A stretch of 64,000 bases of DNA, from contig NC_059439.1 in NCBI RefSeq assembly GCF_021028975.2, positions 19,902,001 to 19,966,000 of the forward strand. The letters are read 5' to 3'. The first letter of the stretch is position 1. Each line of letters begins with the position of its first letter. The position numbers and the translations under genes are program-made. Below are positions 1-12,410 of this stretch, one piece after another. A model generated the notes under the pieces. It saw nothing but the letters and a program-made list of their open reading frames with translations, searched no databases and was not told where the DNA came from. The DNA comes from Sphaerodactylus townsendi (taxonomy: Eukaryota).

Positions 1-639
1 AATCAGACCCAAATGCAGACTTTCCCTTTTTAAAGAACTCTTGTTGAGATCATAAAAAAGATATACGAGGGCAGGATAACAAAGCAAAAACTTAAGGAAC
101 ATGGAAGAACCTTCATTCTGCTTGGTTTACTTAAAGCTGATACATTTCCACTTGCTAAATACTGTATCTTTGTTGGAGGACGTCATCATAAATGCTGAAA
201 AAGTAGATTATAACTCTAACTTGGAGGCCAAGAGGGTTCGTGACATGCTGTGGTCCCAGTAGTACTATCAGATGCGGTGCCATGCAGACAGACCAGGTTG
301 CTACCAAGTCTTAGGATGCACTGAAAGATGTGTTTGCGTGTTTTCTCTGGACTTGGGTTGTTTCCATGGTCTTTTGTGGGGAGAGAATGGGACTCCTTGA
401 AGCAATGCAGGCTGCAGTTTCACAACTATTACTTGGGATCCAGAACACAGATGTCTAGAGATGTGGGCAAAGAGTATTTATTTAGGAAATTTCTGTCCCA
501 TTGTTTTATTGAAATATGTGTGCATGTTCAGTGCTGTACGGTCGCTTTTGACTCGCAGAGAAACTATGACCCCCCCAAACCTCACATTAACATCTTTATT
601 CAAGTTTTGCAATCTGAGATCCGTGGCTACCTTTATGGA

Positions 640-800
640 GTCAGTCCATCTCATGTTGGGTCTTCCTCATTTCCTGCCATCTTCAACTTTTAAAAAACAT
701 TATTGTAATTTCTCATAATGCGACCGAAGTACGATAGCCTTAGTTTAGTCAGTTTAGCTTCTAGGATCAGTTCAGACTTGATTTGATCTAGAACCCACTT
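640..800 (-). mobile_element. RTE-clade LINE fragment
   Basis: Minus strand reads WVLDQIKSELILEAKLTKLRLSYFGRIMR, typical of the RTE/BovB ORF C-terminus. Confidence 0.7.
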
Positions 801-1323
801 AGCATTCACAAATAATACAAAAGGGGTCATTCCTCCTCCTCCCGCAAGGAGCAAGTGACAGCAGCATAACAGCTGCTGTTTGTGATTGGTAATTTGTTCA
901 GCGTTTTTATCATTGTTAGGCGCTTTGAATGCTTTTTTTGGAAAAGTAGGATGTAAGTACTGAAAAGATACAGCCTCTGACCAGCAATAATAGCAATTGG
1001 TCATTAAAAGCTCAGGAGGAAGGGGGGTTGCGGGGGAAGCAAAAGATCAGCTTTGATTGTCATCAAACACTTGCTGGAACAGAACCGTTTTAATAGATTT
1101 CTGGAGAGCCAAGAGGGAAGGGTAAGAGGGGATTCCTAAGATCAGAGTTTAGAGCCTGGGGCATACGGCCGAGAAAGCCCATGAGTCTCTCTTGTGTTCA
1201 GGCAGAAGGCAGCTGGGTTAGTTACAGGTGCGCCTCCAGCTACTCTCAGGGGCCCGAAGCTTGCACAAAACCTTGCTCTCCTATGCTTTGGTTCACATTT
1301 CTGAAAGTGCTAACTAGCAGTGG

Positions 1324-2323
1324 CAAGGACGTAGGTAAGGGGGGGTTCTCAGGTTCAGAACCCCCCCATTGCATGTCCGAAGCTCCGCCCCCCATTTGTG
1401 GGGTTTTGTATTTTAAAAGTGTTTTTTCGTTTTTGGCCTGCAGGGGGCGCAGTTTTTAGGCTAGCGGCTCCAAAATTTCAGGCTATCATCAGGTGACACT
1501 CCTGATGATACCAGCCAAGTTTGGTGAAGTTTGGTTCAGGGGGTCCAAAAGGGGTGCCCCATCCCCCATTGTTTCCAATGGAAGCTAATAGGAGATGGGG
1601 GCTACAACTTTGAGAGTCCATAATTTTGGATCCCCTGAACCAAACTTCACCAAACCTGGGTGGTATCATCAGGAGAGTCTCCCAAAGATACCCTGAAAGT
1701 TTGGTGCTGCTAGCTTAACAATTGTACCCCTGACAGCAGGCACCCCCCAAATTTTCCCAGATTCTCTTTTTAAATCCACCCCCTTCGGCATGGATTTAAA
1801 GGGAGAATCTGAGGTCCCCACTTTAAACATTGAAAGGGATGTTGTTTCATGGTGGGGGATAATCCACCCCAAAACAGCATCACTTTCAATATTGTTTTAT
1901 CTGGGGACCTCAGATTCTCCCTTTAAGGTGGATTTAAAAGGAGAATCTGGGCTCCCTAATTTAAACACCATTGAAAGTGATGCTGTTTGGGGGTGGATTC
2001 CAGCATCACAGCAGTTGCCCATGGGGGGCGGGGGGGCGGTGCACAAACCTCACATTTTGCACTGAGCTCCATTTTCCCTAGCTATCCCTCTGCCTGGAGG
2101 GGAGAGAGAAGGGACTGCCGGCTGCCAGCTGGAAGCCCAGTCGGTGGGGGAGGCAGGGTGGGCGGGTCACGGGAGTCTGCCATCCCTTGCTTTGGAGAGC
2201 TGCTTTTATAACCACTTAGGCTGGGGGTGGGGCTTGGGGAGGCGTGGCCACGCCCCCAGAGGCAGGTGGGGGCGTGGCCTCGCCTTTGAATCCCCTCGTA
2301 AAAAATCTATACCTACGTCACTG
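1324..2323 (+). mobile_element. Non-autonomous hAT-type DNA transposon in a THAP7 intron
   Basis: TIRs CAAGGACGTAGGTA / TACCTACGTCACTG; 8-bp TSD agcagtgg/agcagcgg. Same family as 9834-10476. Confidence 0.8.
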
Positions 2324-2359
2324 AGCAGCGGCCTCTGAATGTTGATGCTTCCTTCCTAG

Positions 2360-2476
2360 CGGTTACCATCGACTCAAGGAAGGTGCCGTCCCCACTATAT
2401 TCGAGCTTCATGCCAAGCCGCGGCGGAAATTAAAGCTAGGCAGTTCCAGACATGCAAGGCATCAGCAGAAGCAGAG
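2360..2476 (+). CDS. THAP7: THAP7 penultimate coding exon (end of THAP domain, AVPTIF box)
   Basis: Acceptor ttccttcctag (AG 2358-2359) and donor gtgagt at 2477. Phase 2/2, 117 nt. Translates GYHRLKEGAVPTIFELHAKPRRKLKLGSSRHARHQQKQ, matching the THAP7 GYHRLKEGAVPTIFE motif. Splices in frame to the exon at 3999. Not in the ORF track. Confidence 0.93.
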
Positions 2477-2769
2477 GTGAGTAGTCACTTTGCCGTCCAT
2501 TGCCCTGTTTCTTCATTTTATAGTTTCTCAGCCACATGTGTCGGTAGGCTTGGGAGAGAGGCCTGGTGACGGGAACCATCAAAGGTGAACATAGTGGCAT
2601 CTGGGCCGAGGGGCAGGGAAGAAAGAGAAGGAGGGAGGGAAGCCGCTGGCATGGTACATGTACAGAAACGGGATTATAATGCAGGAGGGAAAGCAATTGG
2701 GGCTAAATTAGACCCCAGGCCCATTTTGTGGGGGTAAGAAAAGTTGCAGTATATCATTGCATTTCATCC

Positions 2770-3428
2770 AGTGGATTCTAATCTGGAGAAACAGGTTTGA
2801 TTCCCCACTCCTCCACCTGAGTGGCAGAGGCTTATCTGGTGAACCGGATGTGTTTCCACACTCCTGCATTCCTGCTGGGTGCCCTTGGGCCAGTCACAGT
2901 TCTTTGGAGCTCTCAGTCCCATCTACCTCACAAGGTGTCTCTTGTGGGGAGAGGAAGGGAAAGGAGCTTGTAAGCCACCTGGAGTCTCCTTGCAGGAGAG
3001 AAAGGTGGAATATAAATCCAAACTCTTCTTCTTCTCATGACAGCTTTGCAAAGGGGTGAGAATCTATATTTGCCCAAGACCATCCAGAAAGCTTCCTGTG
3101 TTTACATCTAGTTCAGTTTTCACTGCTCTATAATGGCAGACTGCTCCCCTGGGAAAAGCTGTTTGGCCAACGTGATGTAGTGGTGAAGAGCAGGTGGTCT
3201 CTTAACTTGGAGAACCAAGTTTGATTCCCCACTCCTGCACATGAGTGGCGGACTCTTATCTGGTGAACTGGATTTGTTTCCCCACTCGTGCGCACAAAGC
3301 CTTCTGGGTGGCCTTGGGCCTGTCACAGTTCTCTCAGAACTCTCCCAGTCCCACCAACCTCACAAGATGCCTCTGAGTCTCCTTACAGGAGGGAAGGGTG
3401 GAGTATAAAACCAAACTGTTCTTCTTCT
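2770..3428 (+). mobile_element. Two Squam3-like SINEs (about 2770-3033 and 3170-3428) in the last THAP7 intron
   Basis: B box ggtttgattcccc and tail ataaatccaaactcttcttct. Confidence 0.75.
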
Positions 3429-3998
3429 GCATAGCTTTTCTTGGTTCTGTGCATGGTCTGCCCTCATTCCTGCTTTTCTGTGGGGAGCAGTACCAGTGGT
3501 AGCAACCAAACGTCACATTTATTCAGGAGTTCTATCATAACAAATCGCCCTTAGTACAAATTGTAGTACAGACCAATAAACATTCCATCAGAATACATCA
3601 TAAGATATCAAAACAACATCTTGATTCAAGCGACAGCCGAAGGGAAGTGCTGAACCAGAACACTTGACTGGGGGGGGGGGGGGGGGGGGGGGGGGCACTG
3701 TAGTCCCATTTCACAGAGTGATAGTTTCTTCTGAATATCCCACCAATATTTCTGCTGGTTTCCTTCAAATTGTTCTTCCCCAAACGTGCTTCAATCAATG
3801 TAAATGTATTAACGTGCTTCGATTATATTCCAACTTTATGCCGCTTTATAAGTTCTTGGTACTGTAAAAGCAGCGTGAGCTGGTGAAACTTGGTGTGTGC
3901 TTACACAATTTTCCCTTGTGTGGTATACTGTTGTTGTTGTGCTGTGTACCCTCTGGGAACCTTCCTGACTGACCGTGGTTCTGTTCCCTTCCTCACAG

Positions 3999-4554
3999 CT
4001 GCAGCCCTTGCCTAGAGGAGACATCAACCCCATTGTCCATGGACATCTCGTGCTTCCCTGCACAAGAGCTCCCGAGCCCCGTGGCAGCCCCCACCAGCGG
4101 GGAACCCCGAAGCCAGCCCCTCCTCCCCGGACCGGAGCCAGAAAGCCTGGCCCCGCTCTCAGACATTCCCCCAGACCAGTCTCCAGTTGCCACAGGCCAG
4201 GAGGACGCCTCTCCCTCTCCAGCGCTCCCCGAACTTGTGGGGGATCCCTCCCACCCCGTTTCCCTCTCCCTCTATATGCTACGTCTCCCTCCCCCAGCTG
4301 GGGCCTACATCCAGAACGAGCACAGCTACCAGGTAGGCAGCGCCTTGCTGTGGAAGCGGCGAGCGGAGGCGGCCCTTGACGCTTTGGGCAAAGCCCAGCG
4401 GCAGCTGCAGGCCTGCCGGCGCCGGGAGCAGCGACTCCGCCTGCGTATCTGTGAGCTGCAGCGGGAACGGCGACCGCACAGTGCCGACGCCCACCGGCGG
4501 CTGAAGGAACACCTGCAGGTCTTTGAACTGCAGCTACTCAACGACCTGGAGTGA
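3999..4554 (+). CDS. THAP7: THAP7 last coding exon (HCF-1-binding motif and coiled coil)
   Basis: Acceptor ttcccttcctcacag ends at 3998. YMLRLPPPAGAYIQNEHSYQVGSALLWKRRAEAALDALGKAQRQLQACRRREQRLRLR matches the THAP7 C-terminus as I recall it; EHSY fits the D/EHxY HCF-1 motif. Stop TGA at 4552-4554. The zinc-finger exons were not found and presumably lie upstream of the window. Confidence 0.95.
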
Positions 4555-4752
4555 CTCTGGATGGGGGGGTGGGGGGTGGCTAGTCCTCCTCTCTCCCCCC
4601 CCACAAGCTGCCTCGGGGGGGGGGGGGCTACACGACAGCCTCCCTTAGCCGAACGGTGTATTGAGCGACTCTTGAGGCACTCCTAACTGTCCCGCTACCT
4701 GGCACTTGCCCTCCTCTTCCCCTTCCCCACTTCTGTTTACTCGGTGTCTGTA

Positions 4753-4758
4753 AATAAA
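4753..4758 (+). terminator. Likely THAP7 polyadenylation signal
   Basis: AATAAA about 200 nt after the stop, followed by GT/T-rich sequence (ttgttttgta). Confidence 0.65.
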
Positions 4759-5311
4759 CATTGTTTTGTATAACTAGTTGCTCTCAGCTCAGGAGGAAAA
4801 CCAGTTTGGCTTTACCTCTTTTGAGCATCATTCTGTTTCAGTTTCAAAAATTCACAAATTCTTTGGAGGTACTCGATGAGGGAAATCATTTTACACATTA
4901 AGGAGCCTGTGAACAGATAGGCATCCAATGGCTTGTTTTGAGGATGTCACAGCCTAATAGAATGACATGATTTGCGATCCCGCTGGGCCAGTGCAGAGCA
5001 TAGAAAATCATGAAAAGGGTCTTCCATCAAAGGGAATAAAAACCACAGGTGTACAAAGACCAAGGAGCAGGTGGCCGCCTTGCTCTGGCTGTTCCCTTTT
5101 TCTTTTGAGCAGCTAATTTACCTTTTCCCTCCTGGTTCTGTGGGAAAGCGCGTTGCTAAAGCAAGCAAGGAGGAGAGAGGAATAGCGAGCAGGTCCTTTC
5201 CCCTGAACGTGTGGTTCCTGCTCCTTCCAGAATCTTCAGCCTGTTTATTCCTTCGTGTGGTTCCTGCCCCTTCCTCAGCCTGCTCAACCTTATCTTTAAG
5301 GACCTGGATAT

Positions 5312-5560
5312 AGAAGAAGAAGAGTTTGGATTTATACCCCATTTTTTTCTCCTGTAAGGAGACTCAAGGTGGCTTACAAGCTCCTCTCCCTTCCTCTTCC
5401 CACAGCAGACACCTTAACTAGCCCAAGGTCACCCAGCAGGAAGGTAGGAGTGCAGAAACACACCTGGTTCACCAGATAAGCCTCCGCCACTCAGGTGGAG
5501 GGGTGAGGAATCAAACCTGGTTCTCCAGATTAGAATCCACCGGCTCTTAGCCACTACACT
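5312..5560 (-). mobile_element. Squam3-like SINE
   Basis: Reverse-strand copy with (AAG)n tail. Confidence 0.8.
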
Positions 5561-5951
5561 AGTGGGTTAGGGATTGGCCTTTCTTTTGCATCAGGCCGAA
5601 TGATGGTCTGCTAGTTTTTGCTCCCAACGTTTCACTCGCATCTCCAGGTTAGTGTCCACCTGCTCTTCGCCACTACACACTGAATGCCCACTTTGCCATG
5701 GAAGCTCCCCAGGTGGTTTTGTGGTCACTGTTTCTCAGACACAGGGTTCGGAGATAAAAATGGAGGAGCAGTGAATAATAACGTGAGCTGCTTTGGGTCT
5801 CCGTTGTGCAGATAAGTGGAATGTAAATAATAAATAAAAACATTGGAGTAAAAGATGCAAGATTTGCACACCTCCTATAAGCTTATGATACATAAACATG
5901 GACTTCAGCATAATAAATAAGAACCCTGACGGGTCAGACCACGGTTCGCCT

Positions 5952-6255
5952 AAGAAGAAGAAGAGTTTGGATTTATATCCCCCCTTTCTCTCCTGCAGGA
6001 GACTCAAAGGGGCTTACAATCTCCTTGCCCTTCCCCCCCCCCCACAACAAACACCCTGTGAGGTAGGTGGGGCTGAGAGAGCTCCGAGAAGCTGTGACTA
6101 GCCCAAGGTCACCCAGCTGGCGTGTGTGGGAGTGCACAGGCTAATCTGAATTCCCCAGATAAGCCTCCACAGCTCAGGCGGCAGAGCTGGGAATCAAACC
6201 CGGTTCCTCCAGATTAGATACACGAGCTCTTAACCTCCTACGCCACTGCTGCTCC
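5952..6255 (-). mobile_element. tRNA-derived SINE, Squam3-like
   Basis: A box (GTGGCGTAGGAGG), B box (GGTTTGATTCCC) and (CTT)n tail. Confidence 0.85.
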
Positions 6256-8981
6256 CAGCATCAGTGACCAAACAAATAGCAGTTAACAAGCAGGGCACAG
6301 ATGCCGAAACTTTCCCATTCTTGCACCAGCACCTTTGAAACTGGCACTTTAAGGTACACTTTCTCTGATCATGGAGGTTCCATTTCACCATCTTTGATGT
6401 ATCTAATCATTGTTACAGCTGCCAACAAGCCTGTGGAAAAATGCCCTTTTAACAGAGGCTTAACGTGTGGGAATCTTCAGCTGAACCTTTTCATGGCGTC
6501 ACCAGATAGATAACATCCGTAAATCCTCTATTCAAGAGACAGGACATTGTTCACCCCCTCAAGCAGTTACTAGCCTATCCATGATGGAAATTCAGGTTGC
6601 CAGCTGGCATGTGTGTCGGGGAGGAGTGGCCGCACTCCTGTGCCTTTTAGATGTCCAGATAATTTAGCAGGGATGCTTTTCCCAGCACAGAGGAGAAACA
6701 ATGGGAAATCGGCTATACTTCTGCTTGCTGGGCAGCTCTTAAAGGAACAGAAACCCTGCACGCCCCAGTTGACTAGCAGCCTTAATGGCAAATAATGGTA
6801 CTGAAAAGCCAACATAAGAGCCTAAGAAATAGCCACGAGAGGGCAACATAGGATAGGAAATGGGAAAAGGCGGTGTCATTGATGGTATTTCGGACCAGCC
6901 CGGCGATGGCAAACCTGTGACACGTGACGAAATCCAGGACTTTGCTGCTTGCGATCAGAGCAAAGCTTCAGCAAACAAGGAGTTAACCGCCGTCGCTGAA
7001 AGGCAGTTATGACGACTGAGGCTGAGATTAAGCTTGGGAGAGCCACTCTTATCTCACCTCGGTCCTGGGTCCTTTTCCCTCCTAATAACTCCAGACAGCT
7101 GATTTCTCAAAGATTTATTGTAAAAGTTCAAAACAAAGAAATAAACATAAATGCTTTTAGAGAAATTGACCAGCTGTATGCTTCTTGTGGATCTCTTGGG
7201 ACCTCTAGCCAAGAGGTGCTTCTCTTAGCTTAGCCCATGATAGAGTCACCTAGGCTTTGTTCCCTCACTCTCCAAGAAAACTTTTCCCGCTCGCCATGAG
7301 GTTTCCAAAACCTTTGAAGTTTCATGCTAGCACCTCTGCATAGTTTCCTGTCCCCCCTCCAGGAGATCAAAAGGCAAAGATGCTTTTCACAGTCATATGT
7401 GACTTCCCTTTACTGTAGCGATAGCATCTTCCATGACACGCCCCCTTTTGGGATGAAGTCTGTAAACTCCATGTTCACATACTTCAGCTTCCTATTAATA
7501 CTGGTTGCATAATATCACATGTTTCTAGCTAATACATAGTTCAGCTAACTATTTTCCATCACATATCATGAAAGCAAGCCTGGGAGAGCCAATGCTTGTT
7601 TCATTAAAACCTGGGTTCTTTTCTCCAATAACTCCAACCAGCTGAGGTCTCAATGATTTTTATTGAAAAACAGAAAACAAAGAAATAAAACTTAGATGCA
7701 GTTAAGGGATTGCTTAGGTGGTCATATCCCTTTTCGTTCTTTGTCCCCATTCCGGGAACCCATGGCCCAGAGATGCTTCTCTGACCAGGTCTCAAGATGG
7801 AATTCTTAAAACCTTTGTTTCCCCCTTCTCAGGAAAACTCTGTTCAGGCCACGAGGTAACTTAGGCCTTTGAAGTTTCATCCTAGCACCTCTGCATAGTT
7901 TCCTGTCCTTCCTCCAGGAGATCAAAAGGCAAAGATGCTTTTCACAGTCATATAGAATTTTTGGGAAGAGAAGGCTGCATGCAGGTCGAGATGGTAACCA
8001 GAGAGTCTGATGCTGATGGCATGAGTGCTTTGGGAGAAGATGTGCCAGGATCCGGCAGGGAGAAGTCAAGGGGCCAGGGCTCAGGTCTTGAGCGGGGCGC
8101 CCAGAGGGCTTTCTCAAGCGGATGGCAGGAGCTCCTAAGAAGCTTTATGCTGCATCTACAGGCTATTTGGAATCTTTTGACAGCACAGCAGAGAAAACAA
8201 CTTCCAAAATTCGAAGCTGGAGGGGATCAAAGTCTCAAGGGAGGGAACGAAAAGCCTCCAGGTGGGAGAATGTTCCATTCAGATGCAAGTGAAGAGAAGC
8301 CTGGAATTTTCCATCACAGCAGTTGTGTAGGATAATGCTCATGTCTTTCTTTTCTAGACAAAAACTGCTATCTGAAACTAACCGGCCTTGCTCATCGTTG
8401 AGCTATGGACTTTTTTTTAACAACAACAACCTTTATTTGGCATTTAAAAATAGGTTCTAGAGCATTGCCAGACATTTTTGAAATACAAATCAAGAGTACA
8501 TTCAGAGCGCAGACAGGAAGACTATATAGCAGTATACATTACTTAGAAAGTTCTGTCACTTGTAAAAGAAATTTTGCTACTTTTTCCAAGAGCATGACAT
8601 CTGTGCTGTTTAACAGAAGCTCCACAACAGAACAGTCAGAGTCACTTTCAGATTTGTCTAGGGCCAGCCTGGGAGAGAAATTCCTAATGCCCACGTATCT
8701 GAGCTATGGACTTCTTCCACCTGATGGATCCCTTCCAGCCTACTTCAAAAATCTCTCCTCCCCATTACTGAGACGTTTCTTTATGCAAGCTGGTCTAAAT
8801 GGTCTCTCCTCTCCAGTTCTTGGTGGAAGATTCCTTCAGGTCCCATTACAAGCTAGAACTTGTCAGTGTTTGCCCAACCAAGTGGAAACAATTGCTCATA
8901 TTGTCGAAGGCTTTCACGGCCGGAATCACTTGGGTGCTGTGTGGTTTCCGGGCTGTATGGCCGTGTTCTAGCAGCATTCTC

Positions 8982-9024
8982 TCCTGACGTTTCGCCTGCA
9001 TCTGTGGCTGGCATCTTCAGAGGA
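8982..9024 (-). ncRNA. Minimal type I hammerhead ribozyme motif (antisense arm)
   Basis: Exact reverse complement of the 9045-9087 motif. Confidence 0.8.
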
Positions 9025-9044
9025 TCTGATGGATCCTCTGAAGA

Positions 9045-9087
9045 TCCTCTGAAGATGCCAGCCACAGATGCAGGCGAAACGTCAGGA
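9045..9087 (+). ncRNA. Minimal type I hammerhead ribozyme motif
   Basis: TCCT-CTGAAGA-T-GCCAGC cacagat GCAGGC-GAAAC-GTC-AGGA: stem I TCCT/AGGA, core CUGANGA, stem II GCC/GGC, GAAA, palindromic ACGT stem III, GUC cleavage triplet. Confidence 0.8.
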
Positions 9088-9833
9088 GAGAATGCTGCTA
9101 GAACACGGCCATACAGCCTGGAAACCACACAGCACCCAATTGCTCATATTGTTCTCGCCACACAGAACTCCGGAGTCTCTACGTTGAACCTCATATTAAT
9201 TCGTGTCTTGCCACTTCTGACCAAGACAAGCTACGTCTGCTCTTGAATGACTGCAGTACTAAAAGAACTACAGACGTAGCAAAGTTTTTGGCGACAGCTT
9301 TATCGACAACTGAGCACTCCTGTTGATCAACCAATAACCTTTCTATTTGTTGTTATTGTTAGTCTGATTGTTGTTTTATCCATGCCTAATAAAGGAAATG
9401 AAATGTGTTTCTTTTCTTTTTTTATGATCCTAAATCTTTATTAAGCACTTCTGCAAACAGCTTTTTTTTTGCAACAAATGTCGGTTAATTCGCCAGCTAT
9501 TGTGCACGTCAGTAAACAAAGCATTCAAGACAAAACAAAAGAGTCTCCTTGTAGGAATAAACCCATCCACCTTCCTGAACGTGGTGGACAGTAATAACAA
9601 TTTCTTCGGTATTTCCAGACCACAACCCTAAACCTACTTGCTTGTAAGTAAGTACCACTGAAATCAAAGGGATTTAAATAAATGCGTTTACGGTTCAGGC
9701 TTTTCACGTGACTACTGTGCGTGAAAAAATTTGCATGTGTTAAGAACTTTGTTCCATCGCTGTCGGTTGTCCGTCCCGTGACTCGTCGGCTGCGCTTGTC
9801 ATTGTCGCAACAAATCCTCCACCGGGTTGATTT

Positions 9834-10476
9834 CAGGGACATAGGTATAGATTTTTTAGGGGGGGGGGGTTCGGGGGTGGGGCCACACCCCCACCCGCCC
9901 CTACAGGAGAGAAAGGGAGGATATAAATCCAAACTCTTCTTCTTCTTCTAAACTGAGGACCTCAGATTCTCCCTTTAAATCCATGCCAAGTGGGTGGATT
10001 TAAAACGAGAATCTGGGGAAATTTGGGGGGTGCCTGCTGTCAGGGGTGCAATTGTTAAGCTAGAAGCACCAAACTTTCAGGGTATCTTTAGGAGTCTCTC
10101 CTAATGATACCACCCAGGTTTGGTGAAGTTTGGTTCAGGGGGTCCAAAGTTATGGACCCTCAAAGGTGTAGCCCCCATCTCCTATTAGCTCCCATTGGAA
10201 ACAATGGAGGATGGGGGCACCCCCTTTGGGAGTCCATAACTTTGGACCCCCTGAACCAAACCACACCAAACCCGGGTAGTATCATCTGGAGAGTCCCCCA
10301 AACAATCCCTGAAAGTTTGGTGCTGCTAGTCCAAACAATGCGCCCCCTGCAGGCCAAAAACCGAAAAAGCACTAAAATGCTTAAAAAACCCACAAACGGG
10401 TGGGCGGAGCTTCGGACATGAATGGGGGGGGGGTTTCCAAACCCGAGAACCCCCCCCCCCCTTACCTACGTGCATG
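9834..10476 (-). mobile_element. Non-autonomous hAT-type element, inverted relative of 1324-2323
   Basis: Perfect 8-bp TSD gttgattt (9826-9833 and 10477-10484); shares internal sequence with 1324-2323; contains a SINE tail at about 9902-9949. Confidence 0.85.
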
Positions 10477-10844
10477 GTTGATTTTCTTTGCTTTGGAAAC
10501 CGTGTGCAACCTTTCCAGAATCGACAGCTGCAAAACAGATTTCTCCTTGGATTGCTAAATCCAGCTGCTCAGGAACCACTAGCTATTTCTTCTAACCAGG
10601 ATGGGACTTCCTGTTGAGCACCTGCAAACATTTTGACCCCCCCCCTTCCCCCCCCCCCCGGGTTTTCTGTGGGTTTTAAGATCATGACCCAAAACCATTT
10701 CAGCATCTCCTGTTCAGATTAAAAGCATATTATTTTCTGCTCATTTGGTTGGTTCTCACCTCTCCTGGGTTTGGATTTTCTTGGGACGGATGCAGCTACT
10801 TGCCAGGTTTACAAAACTCCTGAGTAGTGAGGAATTGGCAGTCC

Positions 10845-11031
10845 TGCTTCCGGCGGATCTGTCAACCGCTTTCACTTTCATGGTGCCGGAAAATATTCTA
10901 CAGTCACGTCTCTAGCTTTACAAGGACGGATGGGGAGGAGGAAGCTACTTCCTCCCTTTCCCAGTTCGTGGGACTTTCGTTTTCATTTGCTGAGTGCAGC
11001 CGAGGGAGAAGGGCCGCGAGAGGAGAGAGCG
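10845..11031 (+). promoter_or_regulatory. Candidate promoter and non-coding first exon of the PYD-B30.2 gene (IRF/ISRE, kB-like and ETS motifs)
   Basis: GCTTTCACTTTCA at 10868-10880 (reverse TGAAAGTGAAAGC, IRF-E). Inverted ETS pair GGAGGAAG-cta-CTTCCTCC at 10937-10955. GGGACTTTCG at 10970-10979 overlaps ACTTTCGTTTTC at 10973-10984 (ISRE-like). Consensus donor G|gtgagt at 11032; the PYD exon has an acceptor 21 nt before its ATG. Confidence 0.55.
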
Positions 11032-11329
11032 GTGAGTTTCCCCCAGTTCCTGACTTTTTCCAGCCTTCTTTTAAACTTCGTGGGGACCTAAGGATCAGGC
11101 AATCAGGGATCTAAAAGGATCTATTTCTGAAGCTCTGGGGAGCCACTGAGCATTCTTGACAGTTCAACGACATAAGGCAGCTTCGTTTAAAGGCATTCAA
11201 AGCGCATTACTTCCCGCACGCCACGTTTGTTTAGTCGCACTGTTACTTTGGCAGGTTCTAAGGCTGCTGGGGGCTGTCCTCTCTGGGATGGAAGGGTGGT
11301 GTAGTGTAGTGGTTAAGAGCAGGTGGGCT

Positions 11330-11725
11330 CAGAGGTGGGATCCAGCAGGTTCTCACAGGTTCCCGAGAGTAGGTTACTAATTATTTGTGTGTGCCGAGAG
11401 GGGGTTACTAATGGGTGATTTTGCCACGTGATTTTTGCCTTAGTTACGCCCCTCCTCTCAGCAGTAGCAGGCAGAACTTGAAGCAGTCTAGCAGGAGGTG
11501 CACCGGCGTGCGTGGCAGCCTGCGCCTGCATGCATTCGTTTCCCGCCCAAGGACCGGCGCAGCGGCTGCGTCCTTGCCACAGCCCCGGCCAGGAATGCCA
11601 CGCCCCGCCCCGAAATGCCCGGCCATGCCCCCGGAATGCCCCGCCCAGCCCCATTGGCGCTACGCCACAGTTTGAATCCCACCACCATGGGAACCTGTTA
11701 CTAAAATTTTTGGATCCCACCACTG
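11330..11725 (+). mobile_element. hAT-type MITE (CAGAGGTGGGATCC family) inserted in a SINE head
   Basis: TIRs CAGAGGTGGGATCC / GGATCCCACCACTG; TSD ggtgggct/ggtggact. Confidence 0.85.
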
Positions 11726-12410
11726 GGTGGACTCCTGCAGGGAGGCTAAGCAGTTCTGCAGCGATTGGCCAAATAGCTTCATGCCCACCACCAAGCTACT
11801 TCGCCTCAGGTGTCTCCCAGTGTGAGGCTGCACAGAATACCTACAAAGGTGAAAGCAGAGTTGCACTTACCTGTAGCTGCAGTTCATTGAGTGGGTTTCT
11901 GTGTAGACACACAGCCCTGCCTCCTACTGTGGGCTGCTATTTTTTTTACTGCACTACAACTGGCTTTCCAGGTGTTCCTTGTCTAGCTGGGGTGGCGGTA
12001 GGAGAACTGAGGGAATAGCATCACATGAACATTTGGACGAGAATCTTTTAGAGCCGCAGAGCAGGCAAAAAGCTTGAAAATCTTTCCGTGGCAGGCTGCT
12101 CAAGCGCAGTCCCAGTGTGTGTCTGGACAGAACCCCATTTGATGAGCTACCGTTACAGATAAGTGCAACTCTGTATTTATAATTGCTCTGTGAGTTTGTG
12201 GTACACATTCTGGTACTTGCCCTCAGTGATGACAGCAACATAGACAGAGCAGGCATTCCTTTAAAATATTTCCCAGCATCGCTTTCTCTTTCACAGCTTT
12301 CAGGCGCAGTATATTCATATTATTATGGTCATGTGATCAGAACTGAGCCCACTTTTTGGAGCACTCATAGGTGCTTTTCTCCACTCCAGAAACTTCGGCC
12401 TGGGCCCAAG

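Larger units (their letters stand above)
8901..9138. mobile_element. Penelope-like element termini in inverted (palindromic) arrangement
   Basis: Arms gggtgctgtgtggtttcc...catcttcagaggatc and its reverse complement. Flanking duplication caattgctcatattgt at 8889-8904 and 9137-9152. Confidence 0.8.

Noticed and set aside
8405-8971. 188-aa ORF
   Set aside because: No domain; it runs from AT-rich repeat-like DNA into the Penelope palindrome.
12183-12410. 76-aa N-terminal extension of the PYD ORF
   Set aside because: Starts at a non-ATG codon and runs through a polypyrimidine tract and acceptor (12389); it is intron and 5' UTR.
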